NCBI GenBank assembly: GCA_050259595.1
Contig: JBLNAX010000013.1
Coordinates: 11,364 to 75,363 of the forward strand
Reading direction: 5' to 3'
Length of the DNA: 64,000 nucleotides
Source: Acidobacteriota bacterium
GTDB taxonomy: Bacteria > Bacillota > Syntrophomonadia > Syntrophomonadales > DTU052
The notes beneath the pieces are model-generated. The model made no database searches. It was not told where the DNA came from and saw only the letters and a list, made by a program, of their open reading frames with translations. This document shows positions 9,098 to 18,187 of the stretch, piece after piece (position 1 is the stretch's first letter; every line of letters begins with the position of its first letter). The position numbers and the translations under genes are program-made.

Positions 9098-11719
9098 ATG
9101 AATGATAGCCGGCAGCAAGTAGCTCGGTTGATTCGTCAGTATAAATATGTTACGCCTGTAGTATGCATGCTTCTCAATATTCCCTGGGGATTGCTCTTAT
9201 GTTGGTGGGCTGGTATCACTGGGGAGCATCGCACATACACGGTCATCATGGCTATGGCTGGCGGTATAGTAATAGCGTTACTGGTCATCCCCCTTAATTT
9301 AAAAAGGTTTTTTAAACCAATCAGCATTATGTTGGATCATGTTATAAATGTTGCCGATGGTGATTTGCGAGAAGATCTGGAAAAGTACGATTTCGATCAT
9401 TTGAATTTTATGAGAGATGCGCTGAACCGCATGGTGTTTGAGACCAGGCGGCTTGTTTTAATGGTCAGTGTCATCAATGGCAATGCCGAAACTAGCGGTA
9501 CCACACTGCGTGCGGAAGCCGAGAACACCAGTGTAGCGGCGTCCGAGATCGCTCGAGCTGTCAGTGAAGTGGCCAATGCCAATGGCGAGCAGGACCAAGC
9601 CCTGCAGTTGATCATTACGGAAACTGACCAAATAAGTACGATTGCTGAGCGTATTACTGGTCAGGCCCTGGCACTTGTTACAAATCTTGATGAATCTAAG
9701 GTGATTGTGAATAATGGTGTGGAGATGGTGCAGCAGCAGAAACAACACATGCTGACTAACCGCAGAATTATCAATGAGATAAATAAAGCCATATCAGATC
9801 TTTCTGTTAAGTCCCATGAAATAGGCGAAATCATGCAGGCCATTTCAGAAATAGCCGCACAGACAAATCTTTTGGCGTTGAACGCATCGATCGAGGCGGC
9901 ACGCAGTGGTGAACGCGGGCGTGGATTCCAGGTGGTAGCCCAGCAAGTCCGAAAATTAGCCGAGGAATCAGCTCGTGCGGCAGTCGAAACCGGAAGCTTG
10001 ACCGAGAGTATCAAAAACAGTATCAAGCAGGTAGTATTTGAAACGAAGGTGGCTGAGGAAACGGTCCTGGATCAGGAGGTAGCTATTGGCGAAAGCCAGA
10101 CGGTGATCAGTCAGGTCATGGATGATATTGGTGTCATTATTGCTGACATCAACCTGCTGTCCCAGGGTGTTGAAGAAATAGACTCGGCAATCAATCGTAT
10201 CGAGACCACCGTTCGGGACACTTCGGCGGTAACCTCACAAAACACGCAGTCATCACGGGAGATTGCTCTTACTGCTGACGAACAGGCCCGTTTGATGGAC
10301 AAATTTAAAATGGGTTCAAATTCACTAGGGGGACTGGTTCAGGAGCTCAAGGAGCAGGTAGCCAAATTCAAACTACCTGCTGGTTTTGACTGGAATAATG
10401 AAGTGGAATCCAAACTAGTCAGTGATGAAGACCTTAAAAACATCGCTAGAGTTTACCGCAAGAAAACAGTTATTTTATCAGGTGTGGCGGGCATGATCAT
10501 CTTTGCCCCTTTATTATATGGAGTAAGTGGTAAGCCTATATTAGCTGGCTTGGATACAGTTACCTTGATTAAGGCGACCATAATAGCTTTTATGTCAGGC
10601 TCGTTAGCTGCAATATTGTCGGCAACCAAGAATATCAAAGGCTTTATAATGCCCATGGGGGTAATCGCCAAATATGCAGACGCCATAGCACAAGGGGATC
10701 TCAGCCAACAGATTGGACCAGAACATAAAATGGGTAGCATAGAGTTCGTCCGTAATGAATTCAACAATCTTATTCAACATCTGGATCAAATCTCCCAAAG
10801 CATGAAAGACTGCTGTGTGCGCCTGCACAATGAGGCTGGTGATGCTCAAGGACTCGGTAATGAGACTGCTGTCACCGCCCGGCAAATGGCTACCAGTATC
10901 AACGAAATCGCACAAGGCGCTACTTTCCAAGCCCAGGGTATGATGGAAGCATCGGAGCAGGTCAATGAATTGTTCAGTTCACTGAAAAACATTGAAGAGT
11001 TCACAGCTATACTGTCAGTCCATTCCACAGAAGCGGCAGAAGTGGTGGAAAAGGGAGTCGCTAATACAACCGTTTTGAGGTCCAAAGCCGAACAGAATAT
11101 GGGGGCAGTTAATCGTGTAGCTGCTGCCGTTCGTGATCTAGAGGATAAATCGACTGCCATTGGGCAGATCGTTGAGGTTATCACGGCGATTGCTACTGAC
11201 ACCAATTTGCTTGCCCTTAATGCAGCTATAGAGGCTGCCCGGGCTGGCGAAGAAGGTCGGGGCTTCGCGGTCGTAGCCAGTGAGGTTAAGAAACTGGCTG
11301 AAGAGACACTGGCTGCGGCAGAAAAGATTTACGAACTGATTGGGCAGATCCAGAATGGGACAGAAAAAGTGGTCGGTGATATGGAAGCAGCCCGGAAATC
11401 ATTAGAAACTTTGGTGCAGGCCGTTTTCACCAGTCAGAATGTCATGGAACAGGTAGCCAACCGGCTGGGTCCTATCAGAAAAGAAACCCTTGTGATCATA
11501 GATGATTGTCAGGTCATGAACTCATCCACCGGGAGAATAGCCGGAAGCATACAAAGCATTGCGGCTGGTAGTCAGGAAACAGCAGCTGCTGCTGAGGAGG
11601 TACTGGCATCGACCGAGGAACAGGAACGGTCGGTAATCGGCGTTAACCAGAACTTGGAACAGTTTGCCGACTTAACCAATAAGCTTTATAGCCGTCTGCT
11701 CAAATTAAAGGTCAGCTAG
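9098..11719 (+). CDS. methyl-accepting chemotaxis protein, tandem paralog of the upstream double MCP
   Basis: Same two-module architecture as 6263-8875 ([44 protein letters not shown] is identical in block). Likely start is the ATG at 9098 after GAGGAGG; the ORF opens at 9062. Confidence 0.85.
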   Translation: MNDSRQQVARLIRQYKYVTPVVCMLLNIPWGLLLCWWAGITGEHRTYTVIMAMAGGIVIALLVIPLNLKRFFKPISIMLDHVINVADGDLREDLEKYDFDHLNFMRDALNRMVFETRRLVLMVSVINGNAETSGTTLRAEAENTSVAASEIARAVSEVANANGEQDQALQLIITETDQISTIAERITGQALALVTNLDESKVIVNNGVEMVQQQKQHMLTNRRIINEINKAISDLSVKSHEIGEIMQAISEIAAQTNLLALNASIEAARSGERGRGFQVVAQQVRKLAEESARAAVETGSLTESIKNSIKQVVFETKVAEETVLDQEVAIGESQTVISQVMDDIGVIIADINLLSQGVEEIDSAINRIETTVRDTSAVTSQNTQSSREIALTADEQARLMDKFKMGSNSLGGLVQELKEQVAKFKLPAGFDWNNEVESKLVSDEDLKNIARVYRKKTVILSGVAGMIIFAPLLYGVSGKPILAGLDTVTLIKATIIAFMSGSLAAILSATKNIKGFIMPMGVIAKYADAIAQGDLSQQIGPEHKMGSIEFVRNEFNNLIQHLDQISQSMKDCCVRLHNEAGDAQGLGNETAVTARQMATSINEIAQGATFQAQGMMEASEQVNELFSSLKNIEEFTAILSVHSTEAAEVVEKGVANTTVLRSKAEQNMGAVNRVAAAVRDLEDKSTAIGQIVEVITAIATDTNLLALNAAIEAARAGEEGRGFAVVASEVKKLAEETLAAAEKIYELIGQIQNGTEKVVGDMEAARKSLETLVQAVFTSQNVMEQVANRLGPIRKETLVIIDDCQVMNSSTGRIAGSIQSIAAGSQETAAAAEEVLASTEEQERSVIGVNQNLEQFADLTNKLYSRLLKLKVS

Positions 11720-11744
11720 AAAAAGAATTCTTATATCAGCGTAG

Positions 11745-11776
11745 AAAAGCCCACCATTAGTGTGGGCTTTAATTTT
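11745..11776 (+). terminator. Rho-independent terminator
   Basis: GCCCACCATTAGTGTGGGC followed by TTTAATTTT. Confidence 0.75.
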
Positions 11777-11794
11777 GGCTTGGGGATATTAGGT

Positions 11795-11822
11795 TTGCCA
11801 TAAGCCGTATTTCGGCTAGAAT
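11795..11822 (+). promoter_or_regulatory. putative promoter for the rSAM maturase gene (TTGCCA-16-TAGAAT)
   Basis: Read by eye between the upstream terminator and the GTG start. Weak. Confidence 0.3.
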
Positions 11823-11868
11823 TATATGTGTGATACGGAAACAGGCTCTCTGAAAGGTTGGTTTTATT

Positions 11869-13260
11869 GTGGACAGCTTGACCCATCTCAAGAATTATAA
11901 TTTCTCGGCCAATATTCACCTTGTTGAGATTCAGGGCCAGTACCTGTTGTTAGATGTCAATTCAGGAGCGATCCATGTGCTCGATGAGGCTGCAGTCAGT
12001 TTTGTTAAGGGTTTACAGGAGAACGGCGGAGATTGGGATGCAGCCCGCACATCTTGCCTGCTCCACTTTGCTCCCCAAATAGTAGAAGAAATCGAGCAGG
12101 AGCTGCGGGAATCCATGAACAGCGGTTCTTTGTTCTCTGTGGAAGATGACTTGTCCACATTCAGTTATGAAGGAGCCGTTCCCAAAGCCTTGTGTCTTAA
12201 CGTGGCCCACGCCTGCAATATGCGCTGCAAATACTGTTTCGCTGGCCAGGGGACCTTCGGGGAGGAAGCCATGCTGATGAGTCGGGAGACTGCTTTCCGG
12301 GCTGTGGACTTCTTAATTGCAGCAAGCAAAGAACGCCGACACCTAGAGATAGATTTCTTTGGCGGTGAACCGTTGTTAAACTTCGATGTGCTAATAGCCA
12401 CTGTGGACTATGCGCGTCAAGAGGCAGCCCGTTCGGGTAAGGAGGTCGCACTGACCCTGACCACCAACTCACTGGACCTGGATCAGTCGGCCAGCCAGTA
12501 TCTGATCGATGAAGGGATCGCCATCATTGTAAGCCTAGACGGCCGGCAGTCAGTCAACGACTACATGCGTCCGGCGGCTGATGGCAGTGGTACCTACGAA
12601 CGGGTGCTGGCCAATATTCGCCGGATAATAGATATGAGTCCAGCAAGCTACTATGTCCGTGGCACCTTCACCGCACACAATCTGGACTTTGCGGAGGACT
12701 TCCGACATCTGGCTGAGCTCGGATTTACCAACATATCCCTGGAACCGGTTGTGGGCGGAGAAACTGGAATCTTGATTCAAGATCAGCACTTGCCGCATAT
12801 AATGAAAGAGTACGAGAAGATGGCAGATACTTTGCTGGAAATGCGAGGCCAAGGTCGGCATATAAATTTCTTTCATTTTAATCTGGATATGAACCGTGGG
12901 CCCTGCTTATCCAAGCGCTTGACGGGCTGCGGGGCCGGTGTTGAGTATCTGGCCGTAACTCCGGCCGGTGATCTTTATCCCTGCCACCAGTTCATCGGAC
13001 ACCAGGAGTTTCGCATAGGAAGCGTATTGCATGGTGTACAAAATCCGGAGCTGGTGAACAAGTTTGCACATAATACTCTGTTAGATAAAAAATGCCATAG
13101 ATGTTGGGCGCGTTTCTTCTGCGGGGGCGGCTGCCATGCTAGTGCGTTCTTTGCTAACCGTGATATAAGCGTGCCGAATGAGATAGCCTGCCAGATGCAT
13201 AAGAAGCGGTTGGAATGTGCATTTTACCTGGCAGCCAAGACAGGAGGCGGTTCTGATTAA
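11869..13260 (+). CDS. scfB: radical SAM/SPASM peptide maturase, probable SCIFF maturase
   Basis: CNMRCKYC (CxxxCxxC) rSAM cluster motif, FFGGEPLL and a C-terminal Cys-rich SPASM region (CGAG...CHRCWARFFCGGGC...C). About 100 aa of N-terminal leader-binding-like domain (IHLVEIQGQYLLLDVNSGAIHVLDE). 463 aa, the typical SCIFF-maturase size. Confidence 0.75.
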   Translation: MDSLTHLKNYNFSANIHLVEIQGQYLLLDVNSGAIHVLDEAAVSFVKGLQENGGDWDAARTSCLLHFAPQIVEEIEQELRESMNSGSLFSVEDDLSTFSYEGAVPKALCLNVAHACNMRCKYCFAGQGTFGEEAMLMSRETAFRAVDFLIAASKERRHLEIDFFGGEPLLNFDVLIATVDYARQEAARSGKEVALTLTTNSLDLDQSASQYLIDEGIAIIVSLDGRQSVNDYMRPAADGSGTYERVLANIRRIIDMSPASYYVRGTFTAHNLDFAEDFRHLAELGFTNISLEPVVGGETGILIQDQHLPHIMKEYEKMADTLLEMRGQGRHINFFHFNLDMNRGPCLSKRLTGCGAGVEYLAVTPAGDLYPCHQFIGHQEFRIGSVLHGVQNPELVNKFAHNTLLDKKCHRCWARFFCGGGCHASAFFANRDISVPNEIACQMHKKRLECAFYLAAKTGGGSD

Positions 13261-13780
13261 GAACTACCTGGCTTTTCTTAAAGTAGGGTTCCTAGGCTTT
13301 GGTGGCGGAGTAGCTATGCTGCCCCTGCTGGAGGAGATCGCCCGTGATCAAGCCCAGATAGATAGTGACGGGTTTGTGCAGATAGTGGCCATTTCCCAGA
13401 CCTTTCCCGGGCCTCTAGGAATCAATGCAGCCGGAATTCTAGGTTACCGTATAGGCGGGTGGATGGGCGCAGTACTGGCTATTCTGGGTATAGCCATACC
13501 CAGTTTTATGTGTGCGGCGGCCCTTTTCTACTTTCTGGGGTCGGTGGCCAAGTACAAATATCTGCAGGATGCGCTGCAGGCTTTAAAAGCAGCTCTTGTA
13601 GGTGTCGTTTTTGGAATGGTTGCTAATTTAGGGCGAAAGAGCTGGTCGGGAGTAATCGAATGTATGATAGGAATAGCGGCGGTGCTGCTATTTTACTTTT
13701 GTAGGGTAAATCCTATATGGCTACTGATAGGTGGGGGTTTTTTAGGACTAATACTACTATCCCACCGGCAGGAGGTGTAG
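13217..13780 (+). CDS. chrA: chromate transporter ChrA, short-chain N-terminal paralog
   Basis: LAFLKVGFLGFGGGVAMLPLL is the ChrA signature, about 6 TM. The GTG start overlaps the rSAM gene end and is uncertain. Confidence 0.75.
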   Translation: MHFTWQPRQEAVLIKNYLAFLKVGFLGFGGGVAMLPLLEEIARDQAQIDSDGFVQIVAISQTFPGPLGINAAGILGYRIGGWMGAVLAILGIAIPSFMCAAALFYFLGSVAKYKYLQDALQALKAALVGVVFGMVANLGRKSWSGVIECMIGIAAVLLFYFCRVNPIWLLIGGGFLGLILLSHRQEV

Positions 13781-13783
13781 AAA

Positions 13784-14311
13784 ATCTTATACACTCGTGT
13801 TTTTTTAACATTACTGAAGATAGGACTGTTGGGTTTTGGCGGTGGCTATATGATGATCCCGCTATTTTTCAGCGAAATGACTATTCGTCATCATTGGCTG
13901 ACCCATCGCCAAATGTTTGATATAATTGCTGTTTCGCAGACCGTTCCCGGCACTCTGGCTACTAACACAGCGACCTTGATCGGTCTGCATATGGGCAGTA
14001 TTCCGATCGCGATCGTGGCGGTACTGGGAATTATCACTCCATCATTGTTTTTTGCCTATATCGCTGATAAATATGTGGTTCCACATCTAGATAATCCAAG
14101 GGTGCAGAGTACATTAAAGGGCTTAGCAGCAGTGGTAGTAGGTATAATCCTGGGAGCCGGCTTGAACCTGATGAAGGCCGCAGTCACTGATATACCAACG
14201 ACTGCCATATCAGTAGTGGCGTTCCTTCTGTTTTTCTGGCGGCGAATAAATGCGGGAGCCGCCATGATAACGGCATCTTTGATCGGCATCGCGCTAATTA
14301 ACATTTATTAG
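13784..14311 (+). CDS. chrA: chromate transporter ChrA, second short-chain half
   Basis: LLKIGLLGFGGGYMMIPL is the ChrA signature. The frame is continuous with the upstream chrA across a single TAG at 13778-13780. No ATG/GTG/TTG lies before the conserved motif. A possible ATC start at 13784 sits 6 nt after GGAGGTG. Confidence 0.6.
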   Translation: MLYTRVFLTLLKIGLLGFGGGYMMIPLFFSEMTIRHHWLTHRQMFDIIAVSQTVPGTLATNTATLIGLHMGSIPIAIVAVLGIITPSLFFAYIADKYVVPHLDNPRVQSTLKGLAAVVVGIILGAGLNLMKAAVTDIPTTAISVVAFLLFFWRRINAGAAMITASLIGIALINIY

Positions 14312-14395
14312 TGGGAGGAGATTGATTTTGACCGTCGAAACCTTAAAAAGCGTCCCAAAATGGCGTCCTAAACTGTCAGAATTGGAGATCTTATT

Positions 14396-15748
14396 ATGCC
14401 AAATATTCTAAGAAAGAAGGAATATCTGCTTACTGCAATAGGATTTGCGGGCTTAGCGGTGATAATCCTCCTTATCCTGGTGCTTCAGGGAAAGACAACA
14501 GCATATAGTGTGAAAATCAACGATAAAGAGATCTTGATAGCCAAAGATTCAGAACTAGTCAAGGACCATATTGCCAAAATATGTACAGAGGAACAAAAAA
14601 AGATAGGGCACAAAGTCAACTTGACCGGCAGCATTACATATGACACTATGTTAGTCGATGAAGACAAGCTCACCAGCACAAAACAAATCTACCCCATTCT
14701 CAAACAAGCTCTTCTGTTAAAAACTAGTGCCGCCGCGATCGTGGTCAATGGCAAGCCGGCGGTATATGTTGCAGATGTTGCTACTGCAGAAAAGATACTT
14801 AAAACTCTTAAAAACGACTACTCATCATGCAATTCCCAGGAAAAAATCGATAAATCAAGCTTTTGTGAAGAGGTAAAAGTTAAGAATTGTAAAATCGAAA
14901 CAGAATATGTTTATCCATCAGATGAGGCCCTCACTCTGCTGAAGACCGGGACCAGAACCCCGATCATCTATACTGTTAAAGAAGGCGACTCCCTATGGGT
15001 GATCGCTCGTTTGCACGACATGCATGTTTCCGAGATCAAGGAAGCCAACGGGCTCAGGTCGGAGAACCTGCAGCTAGGGCAGAAACTTGCTTTAAGTGAG
15101 ACCAAGCCTTTTGTAAACGTGGAGACGGTTATCAATGGGCGAGAGACGGAGACCATCCCCTACGAGACCCGGATAGTGGTGGATCGTTCTCTCAAGTATT
15201 TAACCAAAGTGAAACAAAAGGGTGAGGATGGCGAGAAACAGGTCGCCTATACTCTGATAAAGCGCAACGGTCAAATCACGCAGAGAAAGGTCTTATCACA
15301 GGAGGTAACCAAAAAACCGATAGACCAGATAATCGCCCGCGGTAAAAAAGTTAAACAGCCGGTTATGGTGGCTTCCCGTGGTAGCTTTATCGGCGGATTT
15401 TCCTGGCCTATATTCGGCAGCATAACCTCTGGATATGGATCACATAGAGGGCATACAGGCATCGACATAGATGGCGAGACTGGCGATCCTATCCATGCTG
15501 CCAAGAATGGGGTCGTTGAATATGCAGGTCGTGATGGCAGTTATGGTCTGATGATCATAATCGATCATGGCGGTGTAAAGACCCGCTATGCTCACTGCTC
15601 CAAAATACTGGTCAAAGCAGGTCAATCAGTCACTAAGGGTCAGACTATAGGCAAGGTGGGGTCAACTGGCCACAGCACTGGATCGCACCTCCACTTTGAG
15701 GTCATTCGCGGAGGGTCATTTAATAACCCCTTACGTTACCTTAGATAA
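14396..15748 (+). CDS. LysM domain / M23 family peptidoglycan metalloendopeptidase, membrane anchored
   Basis: N-terminal TM, LysM (YTVKEGDSLWVIARLHDMHVSEIKEANGL) and a C-terminal M23 domain (HTGIDIDGETGDPIHAAKNG...GSTGHSTGSHLHFEV). Confidence 0.85.
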   Translation: MPNILRKKEYLLTAIGFAGLAVIILLILVLQGKTTAYSVKINDKEILIAKDSELVKDHIAKICTEEQKKIGHKVNLTGSITYDTMLVDEDKLTSTKQIYPILKQALLLKTSAAAIVVNGKPAVYVADVATAEKILKTLKNDYSSCNSQEKIDKSSFCEEVKVKNCKIETEYVYPSDEALTLLKTGTRTPIIYTVKEGDSLWVIARLHDMHVSEIKEANGLRSENLQLGQKLALSETKPFVNVETVINGRETETIPYETRIVVDRSLKYLTKVKQKGEDGEKQVAYTLIKRNGQITQRKVLSQEVTKKPIDQIIARGKKVKQPVMVASRGSFIGGFSWPIFGSITSGYGSHRGHTGIDIDGETGDPIHAAKNGVVEYAGRDGSYGLMIIIDHGGVKTRYAHCSKILVKAGQSVTKGQTIGKVGSTGHSTGSHLHFEVIRGGSFNNPLRYLR

Positions 15749-15772
15749 CATCTATTAGAAAGAGCCATAACC

Positions 15773-15803
15773 AGCGGCATCCACAGGGTGCCGCTTATTT
15801 GTT
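15773..15803 (+). terminator. Rho-independent terminator
   Basis: AGCGGCATCCACAGGGTGCCGCT followed by TATTTGTTTG. Confidence 0.7.
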
Positions 15804-15886
15804 TGCCAGGGCTTATCCATTAATTGCCGCGTCCTTTGCCTGTCCCCAGGTAGTATAATAGGGGGCGGGAAGGGAGAGGCATTGTT

Positions 15887-16753
15887 GTGTTGGGGACGAG
15901 AACACTGCAAATGCTGGTTAAACTGGTATCTGGTTTAACCATTGCATTTTTGGTAGTATTAACTGTGAGTTTGGTGCGGTCACCGCGCCAGGCTATTTTT
16001 GGAATCAGTCGGTATTTGTCCAGAGAAAACACCAGTATCCGGACAAAGGACCTGAGCGAAGTCAGGACACCGCATTTCACAATCAAATATCACGATGAGA
16101 ATAAAACCAGTATACCTATAATAGCCGCCAATGTTGAGGAGATCTATGGCCCGGTGACCAGGATATTCGGCAGCGAACCGAATGAAAAGACACTCATTGT
16201 AGTTTATCCTGACTCAGAAAGTTTGGCAAAAAGTTTTGGCTGGGATAAGAATGAACGGGCAATGGGCGTATATTGGGGTGGGACCATTCGTGTTTTGGAT
16301 CCCCAGCAGTGGATCAACGCTGGTGATGTCAAAATGGAATTTACCAAGCAAGGGCCCATGGCCCATGAGTTTACGCACCTTATGGTCGACTATTATACAC
16401 AGGGAAATTATCCACGCTGGTTTACTGAAGGAATTGCTCAATATGTGGAAAGAATAATAACAGGATTTGAATTCTCTCCGCCATTCAGTTATAATTCTCA
16501 ATCAGTGACATATTACGATTTCACAGCGATGGAAAACGGTTTTGACACTCTTGACCAGAGGATCGTGTATTGGGAAAGTCTGCGGGCGGTACAGTATATT
16601 GCCGATAAATATGGTGAAAAGACACTGTTCTCAATAATGACCAATCTCGGTCTAGGGTATGAAATGCCCACGGCGTTTGTCAAAGCAACAGGTGTAACAT
16701 TTGTCGATTTTGCTCAAGATTTTTATACCTTTTTGGATAAAAATCCTCAATAA
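15887..16753 (+). CDS. membrane-anchored putative zinc metallopeptidase (HExxH, peptidase MA-like)
   Basis: GTG start after GGGAGAGG. N-terminal TM and a HEFTHLMVDYY...WFTEGIAQY motif. Confidence 0.55.
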   Translation: MLGTRTLQMLVKLVSGLTIAFLVVLTVSLVRSPRQAIFGISRYLSRENTSIRTKDLSEVRTPHFTIKYHDENKTSIPIIAANVEEIYGPVTRIFGSEPNEKTLIVVYPDSESLAKSFGWDKNERAMGVYWGGTIRVLDPQQWINAGDVKMEFTKQGPMAHEFTHLMVDYYTQGNYPRWFTEGIAQYVERIITGFEFSPPFSYNSQSVTYYDFTAMENGFDTLDQRIVYWESLRAVQYIADKYGEKTLFSIMTNLGLGYEMPTAFVKATGVTFVDFAQDFYTFLDKNPQ

Positions 16754-16793
16754 TAATATTTAAAGGCGAACTATGAACGGGCGAGGAGGTACA

Positions 16794-18047
16794 TTGGTGC
16801 AGAATACCCTTGTAATTGAAGGTGGGCACCGCCTGTCCGGCAGTGTCCGGGTAAGCGGGGCCAAAAACGCAAGTCTAGTCATAATTGCCGCCAGTATCAT
16901 GGCCCATGGCAAGACGGTTTTGGAAAATGTCCCTAAGATCAAGGACGTAGAAGTCCTTGTGGACATACTTAAGCACATTGGAGTGAAGGTTCATTGGAAT
17001 GGGGAAGGGCTTCTGGAAGTCGAAGCCCCTGACAATATGATCCCGGAAACTCCCTATGAATTGTCGAAAAAGCTAAGAGCATCCAACCTACTGCTCGGTT
17101 CATTGATGGGCCGTATGCGTGAGGCTCGGATCTGCTTGCCAGGTGGCTGTGATATCGGGTCGCGGCCGATGGATCTACATCTCAAGGGACTTCAGGCTAT
17201 GGGAGCCAAGGTCAGCCTGGATCATGGCTTTATTGAGGCGAATGCCACCATACTGCAGGGAAGTCGGGTATACTTGGATTTTCCCAGTGTAGGAGCTACC
17301 GAAAACATTATGATGGCTGCTGCAACAGTACCTGGACAAACCACTATTGAAAACGCGGCTAAGGAGCCGGAAATCGTAGACCTGGCCAACTTCCTAAATG
17401 CTATGGGAGCCAGGATACGAGGAGCCGGAACGGACCTGATCAAGATCGATGGGGTCGAATACCTCAAAGCGACCCGCTATGCGGTCATACCTGATCGTAT
17501 TGAAGCTGGAACTTTTATGGCGGCCGCCACCATAACCGGCGGTGACATTTTGATAGAAAACGTTATTCCTACGCATCTGCATCCAATAAAAGCTAAGTTG
17601 GAAGAGACCGGGGCGATAATTACATCAGAACAAGGCGGCATAAGGGTCAAAGGGACAGGCCGTATCCTGCCGGTCGATATAAAGACCCTGCCCTATCCTG
17701 GTTTCCCCACTGATATGCAGTCGCAAATGATGGCACTATTATCTGTTGCTCAGGGAACCAGTGTGATTGTAGAAAACATTTTTGAGAATCGTCTCCAGAT
17801 GGCAGATGAGATCAAAAGAATGGGTGCCAAGATCAAGGTCGAAGGCCATACAGCGGTAGTAGAAGGGGTCGATAGGCTCAACGGTGCTAAGGTCAAGGCT
17901 ACCGACCTCCGAGCCGGAGCAGCACTGGTGCTAGCCGCACTGGTAGCTGATGGGGTAACTGAAATCGAATCAGCCCAATATATTTATCGCGGTTATGAGA
18001 AAATCAAAGAAAAGCTGACCAATATAGGAACCAAAGTACTTTCATAG
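16794..18047 (+). CDS. murA: UDP-N-acetylglucosamine 1-carboxyvinyltransferase
   Basis: VIEGG...GAKNA...LPGGCDIGSRPMDLH... are MurA hallmarks. The ORF opens at the ATG at 16773, but GGAGG at 16784 favours the TTG at 16794 or GTG at 16797 start. Confidence 0.92.
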   Translation: MVQNTLVIEGGHRLSGSVRVSGAKNASLVIIAASIMAHGKTVLENVPKIKDVEVLVDILKHIGVKVHWNGEGLLEVEAPDNMIPETPYELSKKLRASNLLLGSLMGRMREARICLPGGCDIGSRPMDLHLKGLQAMGAKVSLDHGFIEANATILQGSRVYLDFPSVGATENIMMAAATVPGQTTIENAAKEPEIVDLANFLNAMGARIRGAGTDLIKIDGVEYLKATRYAVIPDRIEAGTFMAAATITGGDILIENVIPTHLHPIKAKLEETGAIITSEQGGIRVKGTGRILPVDIKTLPYPGFPTDMQSQMMALLSVAQGTSVIVENIFENRLQMADEIKRMGAKIKVEGHTAVVEGVDRLNGAKVKATDLRAGAALVLAALVADGVTEIESAQYIYRGYEKIKEKLTNIGTKVLS

Positions 18048-18187
18048 ACTATTGACAAATTCGCAGGCGTATGACGGAAGTGAAGGTCAAGGCGTTAGGA
18101 AAGACAGCGATTGAGGCGTACTTGGGGTACGTTGATTGAACGGGATTTTCGAAACAACGCAGAGATTCGCTTTTGTCATACGCCTGA

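Noticed and set aside
6293-11205. Numerous 60-190-aa antisense or alternative-frame ORFs inside the MCP genes
   Set aside because: All lie within long, motif-rich MCP reading frames. Ala/Ser/Thr-rich translations are typical of antisense to coiled-coil coding sequence.
13217-14311. Split chrA as a frameshift pseudogene
   Set aside because: The two halves are in the same frame (no frameshift) and short-chain ChrA pairs are common. Kept instead as an in-frame-TAG observation.
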